Made by a program: the position numbers and the translations under genes. Below are positions 1-8,256 of a stretch of 64,000 nt of DNA, one piece after another. Numbering within the stretch: the stretch's first letter is position 1; each line of letters opens with the position of its first letter. Location: assembly GCA_021647245.1 (NCBI GenBank), contig JAKIVC010000006.1, forward strand, positions 16,520 through 80,519, written 5' to 3'. The notes under the pieces were generated by a model. It saw only the letters and a program-made list of their open reading frames with translations. It was not told the origin of the DNA and made no database searches. The stretch comes from Gammaproteobacteria bacterium (GTDB taxonomy: Bacteria; Pseudomonadota; Gammaproteobacteria; RBG-16-57-12).

Positions 1-98
1 CTTTGCTACAACATTAAAGTATAAATATAGTTCAGCGTTAAATTATAAGTAACATTCAACACTAAACAATAAAATCTAAGTCGTAAAATGAGAATCTG

Positions 99-1640
99 AT
101 GGCCACATTTGGGGAATTACTGGCAACCTCTTTGGAACGTGTAAAGGGTGTTGCTAAGGATAATATTGTACAGGCAAGCCACATAGGGCGTGCTGACCGG
201 GAGCGTTTGCTGAAAAATGGCTGGCTCACGCCGATTATCCGTGGCTGGTACATTCTTGGTCATCCTGAAGGGCAGGGGGAAACCACCCAGTGGTATGCCA
301 CCTATTGGCATTTTATTTGTGATTACCTAGCTGAACGATACGGTGAAGCGTATTGCCTCTCTCCAGAGTCATCATTAGATTTTTGGCTGGATCAGAATAA
401 CGTCCCCCAACAGTTGATGGTGGTGGGTGCCTCAGGGGGCAATACCCGTGTAGAACTACCCCATGACACCTCACTGTTGGTTTGGAAAGGTGAGGTTGCT
501 CAGGCGCGTGAGGTGATTGAGGGCATTCAAACCCTGCCACTGGCCGCTGCGCTTTGCCGTGCCTCCCCCTCATTTTTTAGCCATAACCCCACCTCTGCCG
601 AGATCGCTCTGCGCATGGTCGATCCAGCGGCTATCGCCCGCTATGTGCTCGACGGTGGTCACTCGGTAATCGCAGGGCGTATGGTGGCGGCTTATCGCTT
701 TTTAGGCGATGAGGCCGCAGCAGAGACCATCAGTGCCGGATATAACATGGCAGGGGAGCGCATTCGTGAAACCAACCCATTCACCATTGAGCAACCACTG
801 TTAGGGCAACGCTCACGCCCAACACGTTCCCCCTATGTCGCACGTATTGAAGCCCTGTGGCAACAGATGCGCGAAGGCGTGATGGCTGCTTTTCCTAAAG
901 CACCAGGATTGCCTGATGACTCATCCCAGTACCTTGCCCAAGTGGAGGAACGTTACCGGTTTGATGCCTATCACTCACTCTCTATCGAAGGTTATCAGGT
1001 CAACTATGATTTGATAGAACGCATCCGGCAGGGGGCATGGAACCCTGATGACTCAGCTAACGATCGTGATCAACGTAATGCCATGGCGGCTAAAGGCTAC
1101 CACTTAGCGTTCAATAAAGTCTGTGAGAGTCTATCGGCCATCTTTGAGAACGCCACTGCGGGTGAGGTGATCGAGCGTGATCTGCATAAATGGTATCAAT
1201 CACTATTTGAACCCTCTGTTCAAGCCGCAATAGTGCGTGCCTCCGATTTGGCCGGGTATCGTAATGATCAGGTATTCATTCGTGGTGCCGCCCATGTGCC
1301 TCCACCAAAAAGTGCGTTGATGGATGCGATGGAGGCATTTTTCTATTGCCTAAAAAACGAACCAGAAGCTTCGGTGAGGGCAGTGTTAGGGCATTTCATG
1401 TTTGTTTTTATCCATCCTTATATGGATGGCAATGGCCGCATTGGTCGTTTCATTATGAATGCGATGCTGGCCTCAGGTGGCTATCGCTGGACAGTGATTC
1501 GCTCTGACAAACCACGGCGAGATAAATACATGGATGCGTTGGATCTAGCCTCATCGAAACATGATATCAGTGCCTTTGCTGAATTTGTGGTGGAAGAGAT
1601 GGCGGTGGAGTGGGGGAGTGATGTTGAGGATATTGATTGA
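99..1640 (+). CDS. Fic/DOC family protein (putative AMP-transferase), 513 aa
   Basis: Canonical Fic active-site loop HPYMDGNGRIGR near the C-terminus. Upstream SLSIEG fits the (S/T)xxxE(G/N) auto-inhibitory helix motif. About 270 aa of N-terminal extension has unknown function. Confidence 0.8.
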   Translation: MATFGELLATSLERVKGVAKDNIVQASHIGRADRERLLKNGWLTPIIRGWYILGHPEGQGETTQWYATYWHFICDYLAERYGEAYCLSPESSLDFWLDQNNVPQQLMVVGASGGNTRVELPHDTSLLVWKGEVAQAREVIEGIQTLPLAAALCRASPSFFSHNPTSAEIALRMVDPAAIARYVLDGGHSVIAGRMVAAYRFLGDEAAAETISAGYNMAGERIRETNPFTIEQPLLGQRSRPTRSPYVARIEALWQQMREGVMAAFPKAPGLPDDSSQYLAQVEERYRFDAYHSLSIEGYQVNYDLIERIRQGAWNPDDSANDRDQRNAMAAKGYHLAFNKVCESLSAIFENATAGEVIERDLHKWYQSLFEPSVQAAIVRASDLAGYRNDQVFIRGAAHVPPPKSALMDAMEAFFYCLKNEPEASVRAVLGHFMFVFIHPYMDGNGRIGRFIMNAMLASGGYRWTVIRSDKPRRDKYMDALDLASSKHDISAFAEFVVEEMAVEWGSDVEDID

Positions 1641-1731
1641 TTTCAAGTGATTTATAAATAACGTATGGCATATGCCGATTCATTATGTTAAATCTTGGTT
1701 TAAGCGCGTGGTTGATCCTCCTATTCCCTGA

Positions 1732-2022
1732 ATGATTTTAGAGGGTAAGAGAATGCGGAATATCATACTGAAAATTATAGATGCATGTTTGGCGCTATTC
1801 GTAGGGATATCCGTTGGTTTTTTTCTCCACTGGGTGTTGGGCGTGGCACTGACAATCTATTGCCTAAAACGTATCTTTTTTCCAAGGCCAGAAACACGCA
1901 TACAAACGCCTTCATTTGAAAGAAAAAAGGCGTTGGAAGATATGCGCCGCAGAGAAGATAAAGAAGAGTTTGATCAGCGGTTTTTCGATATGGGTTTTTT
2001 AGCGATCACCTGTAAGAACTGA
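1732..2022 (+). CDS. Hypothetical small membrane protein (start may be the internal Met at 1753)
   Basis: ORF with a hydrophobic stretch (IILKIIDACLALFVGISVGFFLHWVLGVALTIYCL) followed by a charged tail. No family recognised. Confidence 0.3.
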   Translation: MILEGKRMRNIILKIIDACLALFVGISVGFFLHWVLGVALTIYCLKRIFFPRPETRIQTPSFERKKALEDMRRREDKEEFDQRFFDMGFLAITCKN

Positions 2023-2033
2023 GGTTACATTCT

Positions 2034-2393
2034 GTGAAGGTAAATAAGCTCGAAGAAACTCTCGGAAAACAAAAAGGCGCAGAGGGAAGTAACCCATTTG
2101 GCCCAGAGGCACTGGTCTTTAAAGTCATGGGCAAAATGTTTGCGTTGGTATCTCAGAAGGAAGAAATGCCCAGAATTACATTGAAATGCCGCCCGGCGGA
2201 TGGCGAGGTATTAGTGAGTCAATATGACTCTATTTCACCTGGGTACTATATGAATAAACGACACTGGATCACTATTTCATTAAGCGGAGAGTTGCCCGAG
2301 GAGATGATTCTGGATTTGGCCAATGGGTCATATGATTTGGTTGTCAGTAAGCTGACTAAAGCCGACAAGAAAAAGCTGGAAGCGTGTGAGTGA
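2034..2393 (+). CDS. MmcQ/YjbR family DNA-binding protein, 119 aa (GTG start)
   Basis: Pattern similarity to E. coli YjbR along the whole length (KGAEGS..., MFALVS, ITLKC, PGYYMNKRHWITISLSG, LPEEMILDL, KADKKKL). Confidence 0.8.
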   Translation: MKVNKLEETLGKQKGAEGSNPFGPEALVFKVMGKMFALVSQKEEMPRITLKCRPADGEVLVSQYDSISPGYYMNKRHWITISLSGELPEEMILDLANGSYDLVVSKLTKADKKKLEACE

Positions 2394-2475
2394 GATAGAA
2401 AAACCGGAGGTACTGGCCGTATTTGATAGCTATCCTTCGGAGATGCGCCAAAAGTTACTCTTTCTACGAAAAAAT
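2386..2475 (+). pseudogene. N-terminal stub (about 30 codons) of a DUF1801/YdhG-like gene, truncated
   Basis: A GTG overlapping the MmcQ stop opens the frame VSEIEKPEVLAVFDSYPSEMRQKLLFLRK. This resembles the conserved N-terminus of DUF1801 proteins, as recalled. The frame then runs into unrelated sequence and stops. Confidence 0.35.
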
Positions 2476-2490
2476 AAGAAAATAAGGGGT

Positions 2491-2990
2491 GTGCGGCCGA
2501 GCAAGGTCGATATTTCCAACGGGTGAGAATCCCGTTCCAGCAAGGTATGTCAGCCACTGGGTAGTAAACATCGGGTAGGCGGAGGTAACTCCAAATATTA
2601 AGCACGATGTGCGCAAGGCAACAGGCCGTAAGCATTAGCTGAAGTGATTTAGCCTCGTAAGTTTTTTATCCAAGCAGGACGACAGGGTACCCCTCCTGGA
2701 AGTCTCCATTGCGTGGTGCATCAGACAAGTGCCATAGAGCTGCTTCGGGGTTGTAAAGCATGGCATGTTGACCATTATGAAGTATCGGCAACTCGGGAGA
2801 TCCTGAACGGTCTCTCAAGAAGAGAGAGCTTAATAAGGGGTCAAATACAATATTAACTCTTTGGTTGTATAGCCTATCCTTGGTTATACAGACTACTCAC
2901 TGTTCACTTAGGATTGAGGCGCACAATAAATATTCCAGCGACCAGGTAAAAATGAAGAGGTGATTAGAAGAAAATAAGAGCTTAGTTTGT
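2491..2990 (+). mobile_element. Group II intron 5' remnant (domain I-like RNA), no RT ORF and no domain V/VI; 3' boundary undefined
   Basis: Starts GUGCG (or GUGUG from 2489). GGGUGAGAAUCCCGUUC, GGCGGAGGUAAC and GCGCAAGG follow in the same order as the matching blocks I recall from the 5' end of the Oceanobacillus iheyensis group IIC intron. Confidence 0.4.
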
Positions 2991-3334
2991 CAGCCTGGTA
3001 TAGATAAATAGTTAATATTATACTTGACCCTCTTTACTTGGGGGAGTGTGTTGAGATCCAGTACAGTGCGCAGTGCTTCATCTTCCTGAAGGTGGCGAAG
3101 ATCGTCTAGGTGAAAGCGGCCTTCATGCTGCATTAAAATGAGCGCCTTGATGAATTCAGACGGTTTATATCCGCGATTGCTTTTGGGCAGCGGAAAGTGA
3201 TGGTCAATACGCTCGGCGAGATTGGGAGAGTCCATTAACTGGGCCGTGGCTAATAAGCCGGCACGGGATGTGAGTAAGTCGTTTGTGGTATCAAGTTTGT
3301 AGGGTCGAATCATCATAAGCCTTGAGCTGTGCAC
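2990..3334 (-). pseudogene. IS1380-family transposase, N-terminal fragment (homology lost after about aa 97, near 3040)
   Basis: LTSRAGLLATAQLM...NRGYKPSEFIKALILMQHEGRFHLDDLRHLQEDEALRTVL matches the conserved N-terminal region of IS1380-family transposases. The catalytic DDE part is absent. Confidence 0.6.
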
Positions 3335-3398
3335 CCATTGGGTGATGGTGGGTTTCGTTGCTAACCATTATACAGTCAAGGCTTTCTGCGGTTTAGAG

Positions 3399-3419
3399 GT
3401 TTCTATCTGGGGGTGAGGG
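3399..3419. repeat. Terminal inverted repeat of the IS1380-type remnant
   Basis: The reverse complement CCCTCACCCCCAGATAGAAAC matches the terminal repeat of the MITE at 53387 (CCCTAATCCCCAGATAGAAAC) at 19 of 21 positions. It lies 65-85 bp upstream of the transposase start, where an IS end is expected. Confidence 0.5.
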
Positions 3420-3422
3420 GGA

Positions 3423-3451
3423 TTGCATTATCTTTCGGGCTTCAGTAGAAT
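3423..3451 (+). promoter_or_regulatory. Candidate sigma70 promoter of the rpsF operon
   Basis: TTGCAT, a 17-bp spacer, then TAGAAT, about 95 nt upstream of the rpsF ATG. Confidence 0.35.
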
Positions 3452-3546
3452 GCGCGTTGCCGTACTTGTGTGTGCGGTATTTTTGTATTAACTCCTTGCC
3501 TTTTGCTATGTGCTGAAGGCCAGAAAAAGTCCGAAGGGAGCTTTTA

Positions 3547-3909
3547 ATGAAACATTATGAAATCGTATTTCTGGTTCATCCGGATCAGAGCGAGCAGGTC
3601 TCTGCAATGATCGAGCGTTACCGTGGAATCATCGAGGCGGATGAAGGAAAAGTTCATCGCCTGGAAGATTGGGGTCGCCGCCAGTTGGCCTATCCTATTA
3701 ACAAAATCCATAAAGCACACTATGTTCTGATGAATGTTGAGTGCTCAAAAAATGCATTGGATGAGTTGACCAGTATGTTCCGCTTTAATGACGCGGTGCT
3801 GCGTAATATGGTTGTCAGCATGAAGGGCCCAGTGGTTGAAGCATCACCACAAGCACGTCGTGAAGAGAGCCAGGGACGTACTGAAGAGACTAAAGCAGCT
3901 GCAGAGTAA
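3547..3909 (+). CDS. rpsF: 30S ribosomal protein S6
   Basis: [18 protein letters not shown]... is the typical S6 N-terminus, with an acidic C-terminal tail. Synteny with rpsR and rplI. Confidence 0.97.
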   Translation: MKHYEIVFLVHPDQSEQVSAMIERYRGIIEADEGKVHRLEDWGRRQLAYPINKIHKAHYVLMNVECSKNALDELTSMFRFNDAVLRNMVVSMKGPVVEASPQARREESQGRTEETKAAAE

Positions 3910-3949
3910 GCGCTGTTTGTTATTTGAATTGTTAAGATAGGATATAGAG

Positions 3950-4180
3950 ATGGCTCGTTATTTTCGTCGTAGAAAGTTCTGCCGCTTCACGGCAGAGGGT
4001 ATTACAGAAATCGATTACAAAGATCTCGCTACCCTGAAAAATTATGTTACTGAAACCGGTAAAATTGTACCTAGTCGTATTACAGGTACAAAAGCACGCT
4101 ATCAGCGTCAGCTCTCTACCGCTATCAAACGTGCTCGTTTCCTTGCGCTATTGCCCTATTGTGATGCGCACGAAAACTAA
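3950..4180 (+). CDS. rpsR: 30S ribosomal protein S18
   Basis: [17 protein letters not shown]...IDYKD...[16 protein letters not shown] is the canonical S18 sequence. Confidence 0.97.
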   Translation: MARYFRRRKFCRFTAEGITEIDYKDLATLKNYVTETGKIVPSRITGTKARYQRQLSTAIKRARFLALLPYCDAHEN

Positions 4181-4216
4181 GCCGTTTTTGTACAAGGTAT
4201 AAGGTAGGAATAGGTT

Positions 4217-5155
4217 ATGCGGTCTTTGGCATCATTTATTATGCGTGGCCGCATGCAGGCAGTTCTGATTACAATACTGTTTGCTGGATTATCGCTGCCG
4301 CTCGCGCCCTTCATCTACCTGAGTGGTGGTGCGGTGGCGCTGGTGACATTGCGCTTGGGTCCATTGAGCGGCTTTTCGGTTGTTCTAATATCCGGTGTTG
4401 CGATTTCGCTATTAGCGATGATTGCGATGGGGAGCTTGCTTCCCGGCATTGTGTTCATGGCGATGATCTGGTTGCCCGTTTGGGCGCTATCAGTGCAGTT
4501 ACGGCAGAGCGGTTCGCTGAATTACGTGATCGCCATCGCATGTGGTATCGGGTTGCTATTGACCTTGTTGGCACATCTGTTATTGGGTGATCCGGTTGCC
4601 TGGTGGCAGCAGGTGTTGGAGCCGCTCTTGGCAACCATGGGTGATGTGGCCGGTGGCGTCGAAATGGCGGCTTTTACCGAGCAGTTGTCCCGACTCATGA
4701 CAGCGATTGTCGTAGTTGCCTTGACACTGAATATACTGTTTGGCCTTTTTATTGGGCGATGGTGGCAGTCACAGTTGTATAACCCGGGCGGGTTTAGGCT
4801 AGAGTTTCATCAGCTTCGCCTGCCAAAAGCACTCGCATGGATAGCCCTTGTGGTGATGTTAGTGTCAATGTTTGCCCAGCAGGGCGCGGGGATGCTGGCA
4901 GGCAACTTGATGATTGTTTTGGTTTTTTTCTACCTCCTACAGGGGGTGGCGATTATCCATGGCGTGGTTGCCGAACGGAAAATGAATGTGGGCTGGTTGA
5001 TCGGCCTCTATCTTTTGATGGTGTTTGCACTGCCGCAAGTTGCAGCTCTGTTGATGCTGCTGGGGCTTAGTGATACTTGGCTTGATATACGCCGACGCCT
5101 CTCTCGCCCCGAGAAAGATCAGCAGAAGAGTGATGATCAGGACAGCGCTGATTGA
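4217..5155 (+). CDS. Polytopic inner-membrane protein (DUF2232-like)
   Basis: Highly hydrophobic multi-TM ORF in the position between rpsR and rplI that a DUF2232 protein occupies in many non-enteric Gammaproteobacteria. Confidence 0.6.
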   Translation: MRSLASFIMRGRMQAVLITILFAGLSLPLAPFIYLSGGAVALVTLRLGPLSGFSVVLISGVAISLLAMIAMGSLLPGIVFMAMIWLPVWALSVQLRQSGSLNYVIAIACGIGLLLTLLAHLLLGDPVAWWQQVLEPLLATMGDVAGGVEMAAFTEQLSRLMTAIVVVALTLNILFGLFIGRWWQSQLYNPGGFRLEFHQLRLPKALAWIALVVMLVSMFAQQGAGMLAGNLMIVLVFFYLLQGVAIIHGVVAERKMNVGWLIGLYLLMVFALPQVAALLMLLGLSDTWLDIRRRLSRPEKDQQKSDDQDSAD

Positions 5156-5185
5156 ATTTAATGATTAAACAAGAGGTGTATTGGG

Positions 5186-5635
5186 ATGGATGTGATTCTT
5201 CTCGAGAAAGTTCGTAACCTGGGAAGCCTGGGTGATAAAGTTTCTGTAAAATCGGGCTATGGCCGTAATTTTTTAATTCCACAAAGTAAGGCAGTGCCGG
5301 CAACGGCATCAAACATTGCCTCTTTTGAGGCACGTCGTGCCGAGCTTGAAAAGGACGCATCTGAACTGTTGGTAGCAGCTCAGTTGCGTGCGGAAAAGCT
5401 GGAAGGGCTTGTAGCGGTAACAATCGTTGGTAATGCAGGCGATGAAGGTAAGTTGTTTGGCTCTATCGGTACAGCCGATATTGCGGCTGCAGTAACAGCG
5501 GCGGGTGTTGAGCTCAGTAAAGCTGAAGTGCGTATGCCTGAAGGGGCTATTCGTGCAATAGGTGAATATAGTGTTGCGGTTCATCTGCATGTTGATGTTG
5601 ATAGCCAAGTGAGTGTTAGCGTAATAGCTGAATAA
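5186..5635 (+). CDS. rplI: 50S ribosomal protein L9
   Basis: [33 protein letters not shown] is the canonical L9 N-terminus. Confidence 0.97.
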   Translation: MDVILLEKVRNLGSLGDKVSVKSGYGRNFLIPQSKAVPATASNIASFEARRAELEKDASELLVAAQLRAEKLEGLVAVTIVGNAGDEGKLFGSIGTADIAAAVTAAGVELSKAEVRMPEGAIRAIGEYSVAVHLHVDVDSQVSVSVIAE

Positions 5636-5650
5636 CACTGCGGTAAAAGA

Positions 5651-5686
5651 GGGCGGGCACTCGAAACGGGTGCCCGCCTTTTTTCG
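5651..5686 (+). terminator. Rho-independent terminator after rplI
   Basis: GGCGGGCAC / GTGCCCGCC 9-bp GC-rich stem followed by a run of six T. Confidence 0.8.
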
Positions 5687-5770
5687 TTGTGATATTTGGG
5701 GTGGCAACGGCATCTGTGGTACGCCCTTCTATTGTGATAACCTCTCAGTTAACCCTCTATTCTGAATAAA

Positions 5771-7177
5771 GTGATTATGTCCCCAAAAGCAAACTCGGGT
5801 AACCCGGTCGATGAATCGACAGCCTCTTTAAAGATTCCACCGCACTCGATTGAGGCGGAGCAGTCGGTGCTCGGCGGGCTCATGTTAGATAACAACGCCT
5901 GGGATCAGGTGCTTGATCTGATCGCCGAGGAGGACTTTTATCGCCATGATCACCGGATGATTTTTGCGGCGATAGCGGTTCTAGCGGGGCGAAATGAGCC
6001 ATGTGATGCCATTACACTCTCTGAACAGCTGGATAAAATGGCAGAGCTGGAGGGTGTGGGGGGGCTTAGTCAGCTGGGGATGTTGGCAAAAAACACCCCG
6101 AGTGCGGCCAATATTCGTGCATACGCTGAAATAGTCCGCGAAAAATCAGTGTTGCGGCAGTTGATTGATGTGGGAACAACGATTGCCAACAGTGGCTATC
6201 AACCCGATGGGCGTAGCAGTAGTGAGCTGCTTGACCTGGCTGAGAGTCTGGTTTTCAAAATTGCGGAGCAGGGTTCGAAAAGTAAGCAGGGCTTTCAGGA
6301 TATTAACGAGCTGCTGGTCAAGGCTGTTGATAAAATTGATACTCTCTATAATAGCGACTCACCGATTACCGGTATTACGACCGGTTTTGTCGATTTTGAT
6401 AAACAGACCTCGGGGATGCAGCCGTCAGATTTAATTATTGTTGCGGGCCGGCCCTCAATGGGCAAAACAACCTTTTCAATGAACATTGCTGAAAACGCGG
6501 CACTGAAGACCAAAAAGCCAGTGGCTATTTTCAGTATGGAGATGCCGGGTGAGCAGTTGGTGATGCGAATGCTCTCCTCATTTGGCCGTATTGATCAGAC
6601 CAGGCTCCGCAGTGGTAATCTGGAGGATGAAGATTGGCCGCGTCTTACCTCGGCTGTCTCACTCTTGCAGCAGACGCAGATTTTTATCGATGATACACCT
6701 AGCTTAAGCCCCAACGACTTGCGTGCCCGTTCCCGTCGGCTGGTGCGTGAGCACGGTGATCTGGCACTGATCGTGATTGATTATCTTCAGCTGATGCAGG
6801 TGCCGGGTTCAAAAGAGAACCGTACTGCAGAAATATCTGAAATTTCACGGTCGTTGAAGGCGTTGGCTAAAGAGTTGAATGTGCCGGTTGTGGCGCTCTC
6901 TCAGCTTAACCGTAGCTTGGAGAGTCGGCCTAATAAACGTCCGATCAACTCTGATTTGCGCGAGTCGGGGGCGATTGAGCAGGATGCGGATGTGATTGTC
7001 TTTATCTATCGTGATGAGGTTTATAACGAAGATAGCCCAGACAAAGGTGTGGCGGAGATTATTATCGGTAAACAGCGTAATGGCCCCATTGGCACCACGC
7101 GCCTGACCTTTTTGGGTAAATACACCAAATTTGAAAACTACGCCGGGCCTGCCTACGATGAGGATGGGTTCACGTGA
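5771..7177 (+). CDS. dnaB: Replicative DNA helicase DnaB
   Basis: PPHSIEAEQSVLGG, Walker A GRPSMGKTTF, and RNGPIG near the C-terminus. Normal length, no intein. Confidence 0.97.
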   Translation: MIMSPKANSGNPVDESTASLKIPPHSIEAEQSVLGGLMLDNNAWDQVLDLIAEEDFYRHDHRMIFAAIAVLAGRNEPCDAITLSEQLDKMAELEGVGGLSQLGMLAKNTPSAANIRAYAEIVREKSVLRQLIDVGTTIANSGYQPDGRSSSELLDLAESLVFKIAEQGSKSKQGFQDINELLVKAVDKIDTLYNSDSPITGITTGFVDFDKQTSGMQPSDLIIVAGRPSMGKTTFSMNIAENAALKTKKPVAIFSMEMPGEQLVMRMLSSFGRIDQTRLRSGNLEDEDWPRLTSAVSLLQQTQIFIDDTPSLSPNDLRARSRRLVREHGDLALIVIDYLQLMQVPGSKENRTAEISEISRSLKALAKELNVPVVALSQLNRSLESRPNKRPINSDLRESGAIEQDADVIVFIYRDEVYNEDSPDKGVAEIIIGKQRNGPIGTTRLTFLGKYTKFENYAGPAYDEDGFT

Positions 7178-8253
7178 TTCAACGAGCCTGGGCTACCATT
7201 GACCTGGTCGCGCTACAGCATAATCTGTCGGTTGCAAAACAGGCCGCGCCACAGAGTAAGTTATTGGCGGTGATCAAGGCGGATAGTTATGGTCATGGTC
7301 TCTGCCAGGTCGCCAAGGCGCTGAAAAATGCCGATGGTTTTGGTGTGGCTTGCCTGCAAGAGGCGATCAAGCTGCGTGAGTCGGGCATCCAGAAAACTAT
7401 TCTGCTGTTGGAAGGTGTTTTCAGCTTTGAAGAGCTTAAAGGGGTGCAGCAGTATCAATTGTCGATTGTTGTTCACCAGCTTCAGCAGGTTGAGTGGCTA
7501 GAGCAGTTAGCGAATAGCCGTGATGGCTTGATATCCACCTGGCTGAAGCTCGACACAGGCATGCACCGTTTGGGTTTTTCTGCCGCGCAGTTTGTTGAGG
7601 CCGCAGCACGCCTGAAAAATTGTGCGGTGGTTGGTAGTGATATTACCCTGATGAGTCATTTTGCAAATGCCGACTCACCCTCTCACCCGGCAAATCAGCG
7701 GCAACTCTCTTTGTTCAATACGCTATCGAAAACATCATCGAAAAGTATGGCGAATTCCGCAGCACTGCTTGCGCTGCCGCAGAGTCGATTTGACTGGGTA
7801 CGACCGGGTATCATGCTTTTTGGCTGCTCTCCTTTCGTCGCGTGGGAAGCTGAAGGGCACGATCTACGCCCTGTGATGACGTTAAAGGCGAGGCTGTTTG
7901 AGATTAAACGGCTCAAAAAGGGCGATGCTATCGGCTATGGTGGTAGTTGGGTCTGCCCCGAGGATATGAAGGTTGGCGTGGTCTCTATCGGCTATGGCGA
8001 TGGTTACCCGCGTCATGCCGCCAGCGGCACACCCGTGTTGATTGACGGTTATAATTGCTCGCTGGTGGGGCGGGTCTCTATGGATATGATCTGTGTGGAT
8101 CTGCGAAATCACCCAGGTGCCCAATGTGGTAACGAGGCTGTTTTATGGGGTGCTGGGCTTGCCATAGAACGGGTTGCCATCGCAGCAGATACGATTGGCT
8201 ATGAGCTGCTGTGCGGAGTTACATCACGGGTTAAGTTGGAGTATTTGGGGTGA
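7174..8253 (+). CDS. alr: Alanine racemase
   Basis: AVIKADSYGHG PLP-lysine motif and a 359-aa length typical of Alr. The GTG start overlaps the dnaB stop. Confidence 0.93.
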   Translation: MIQRAWATIDLVALQHNLSVAKQAAPQSKLLAVIKADSYGHGLCQVAKALKNADGFGVACLQEAIKLRESGIQKTILLLEGVFSFEELKGVQQYQLSIVVHQLQQVEWLEQLANSRDGLISTWLKLDTGMHRLGFSAAQFVEAAARLKNCAVVGSDITLMSHFANADSPSHPANQRQLSLFNTLSKTSSKSMANSAALLALPQSRFDWVRPGIMLFGCSPFVAWEAEGHDLRPVMTLKARLFEIKRLKKGDAIGYGGSWVCPEDMKVGVVSIGYGDGYPRHAASGTPVLIDGYNCSLVGRVSMDMICVDLRNHPGAQCGNEAVLWGAGLAIERVAIAADTIGYELLCGVTSRVKLEYLG

Positions 8254-8256
8254 GCG

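Noticed and set aside
3910-3949. Absence of priB between rpsF and rpsR even though priA is present at 53574.
   Set aside because: The rpsF-rpsR-rplI arrangement without priB is common outside the Enterobacteriaceae and close relatives, so it is not anomalous.
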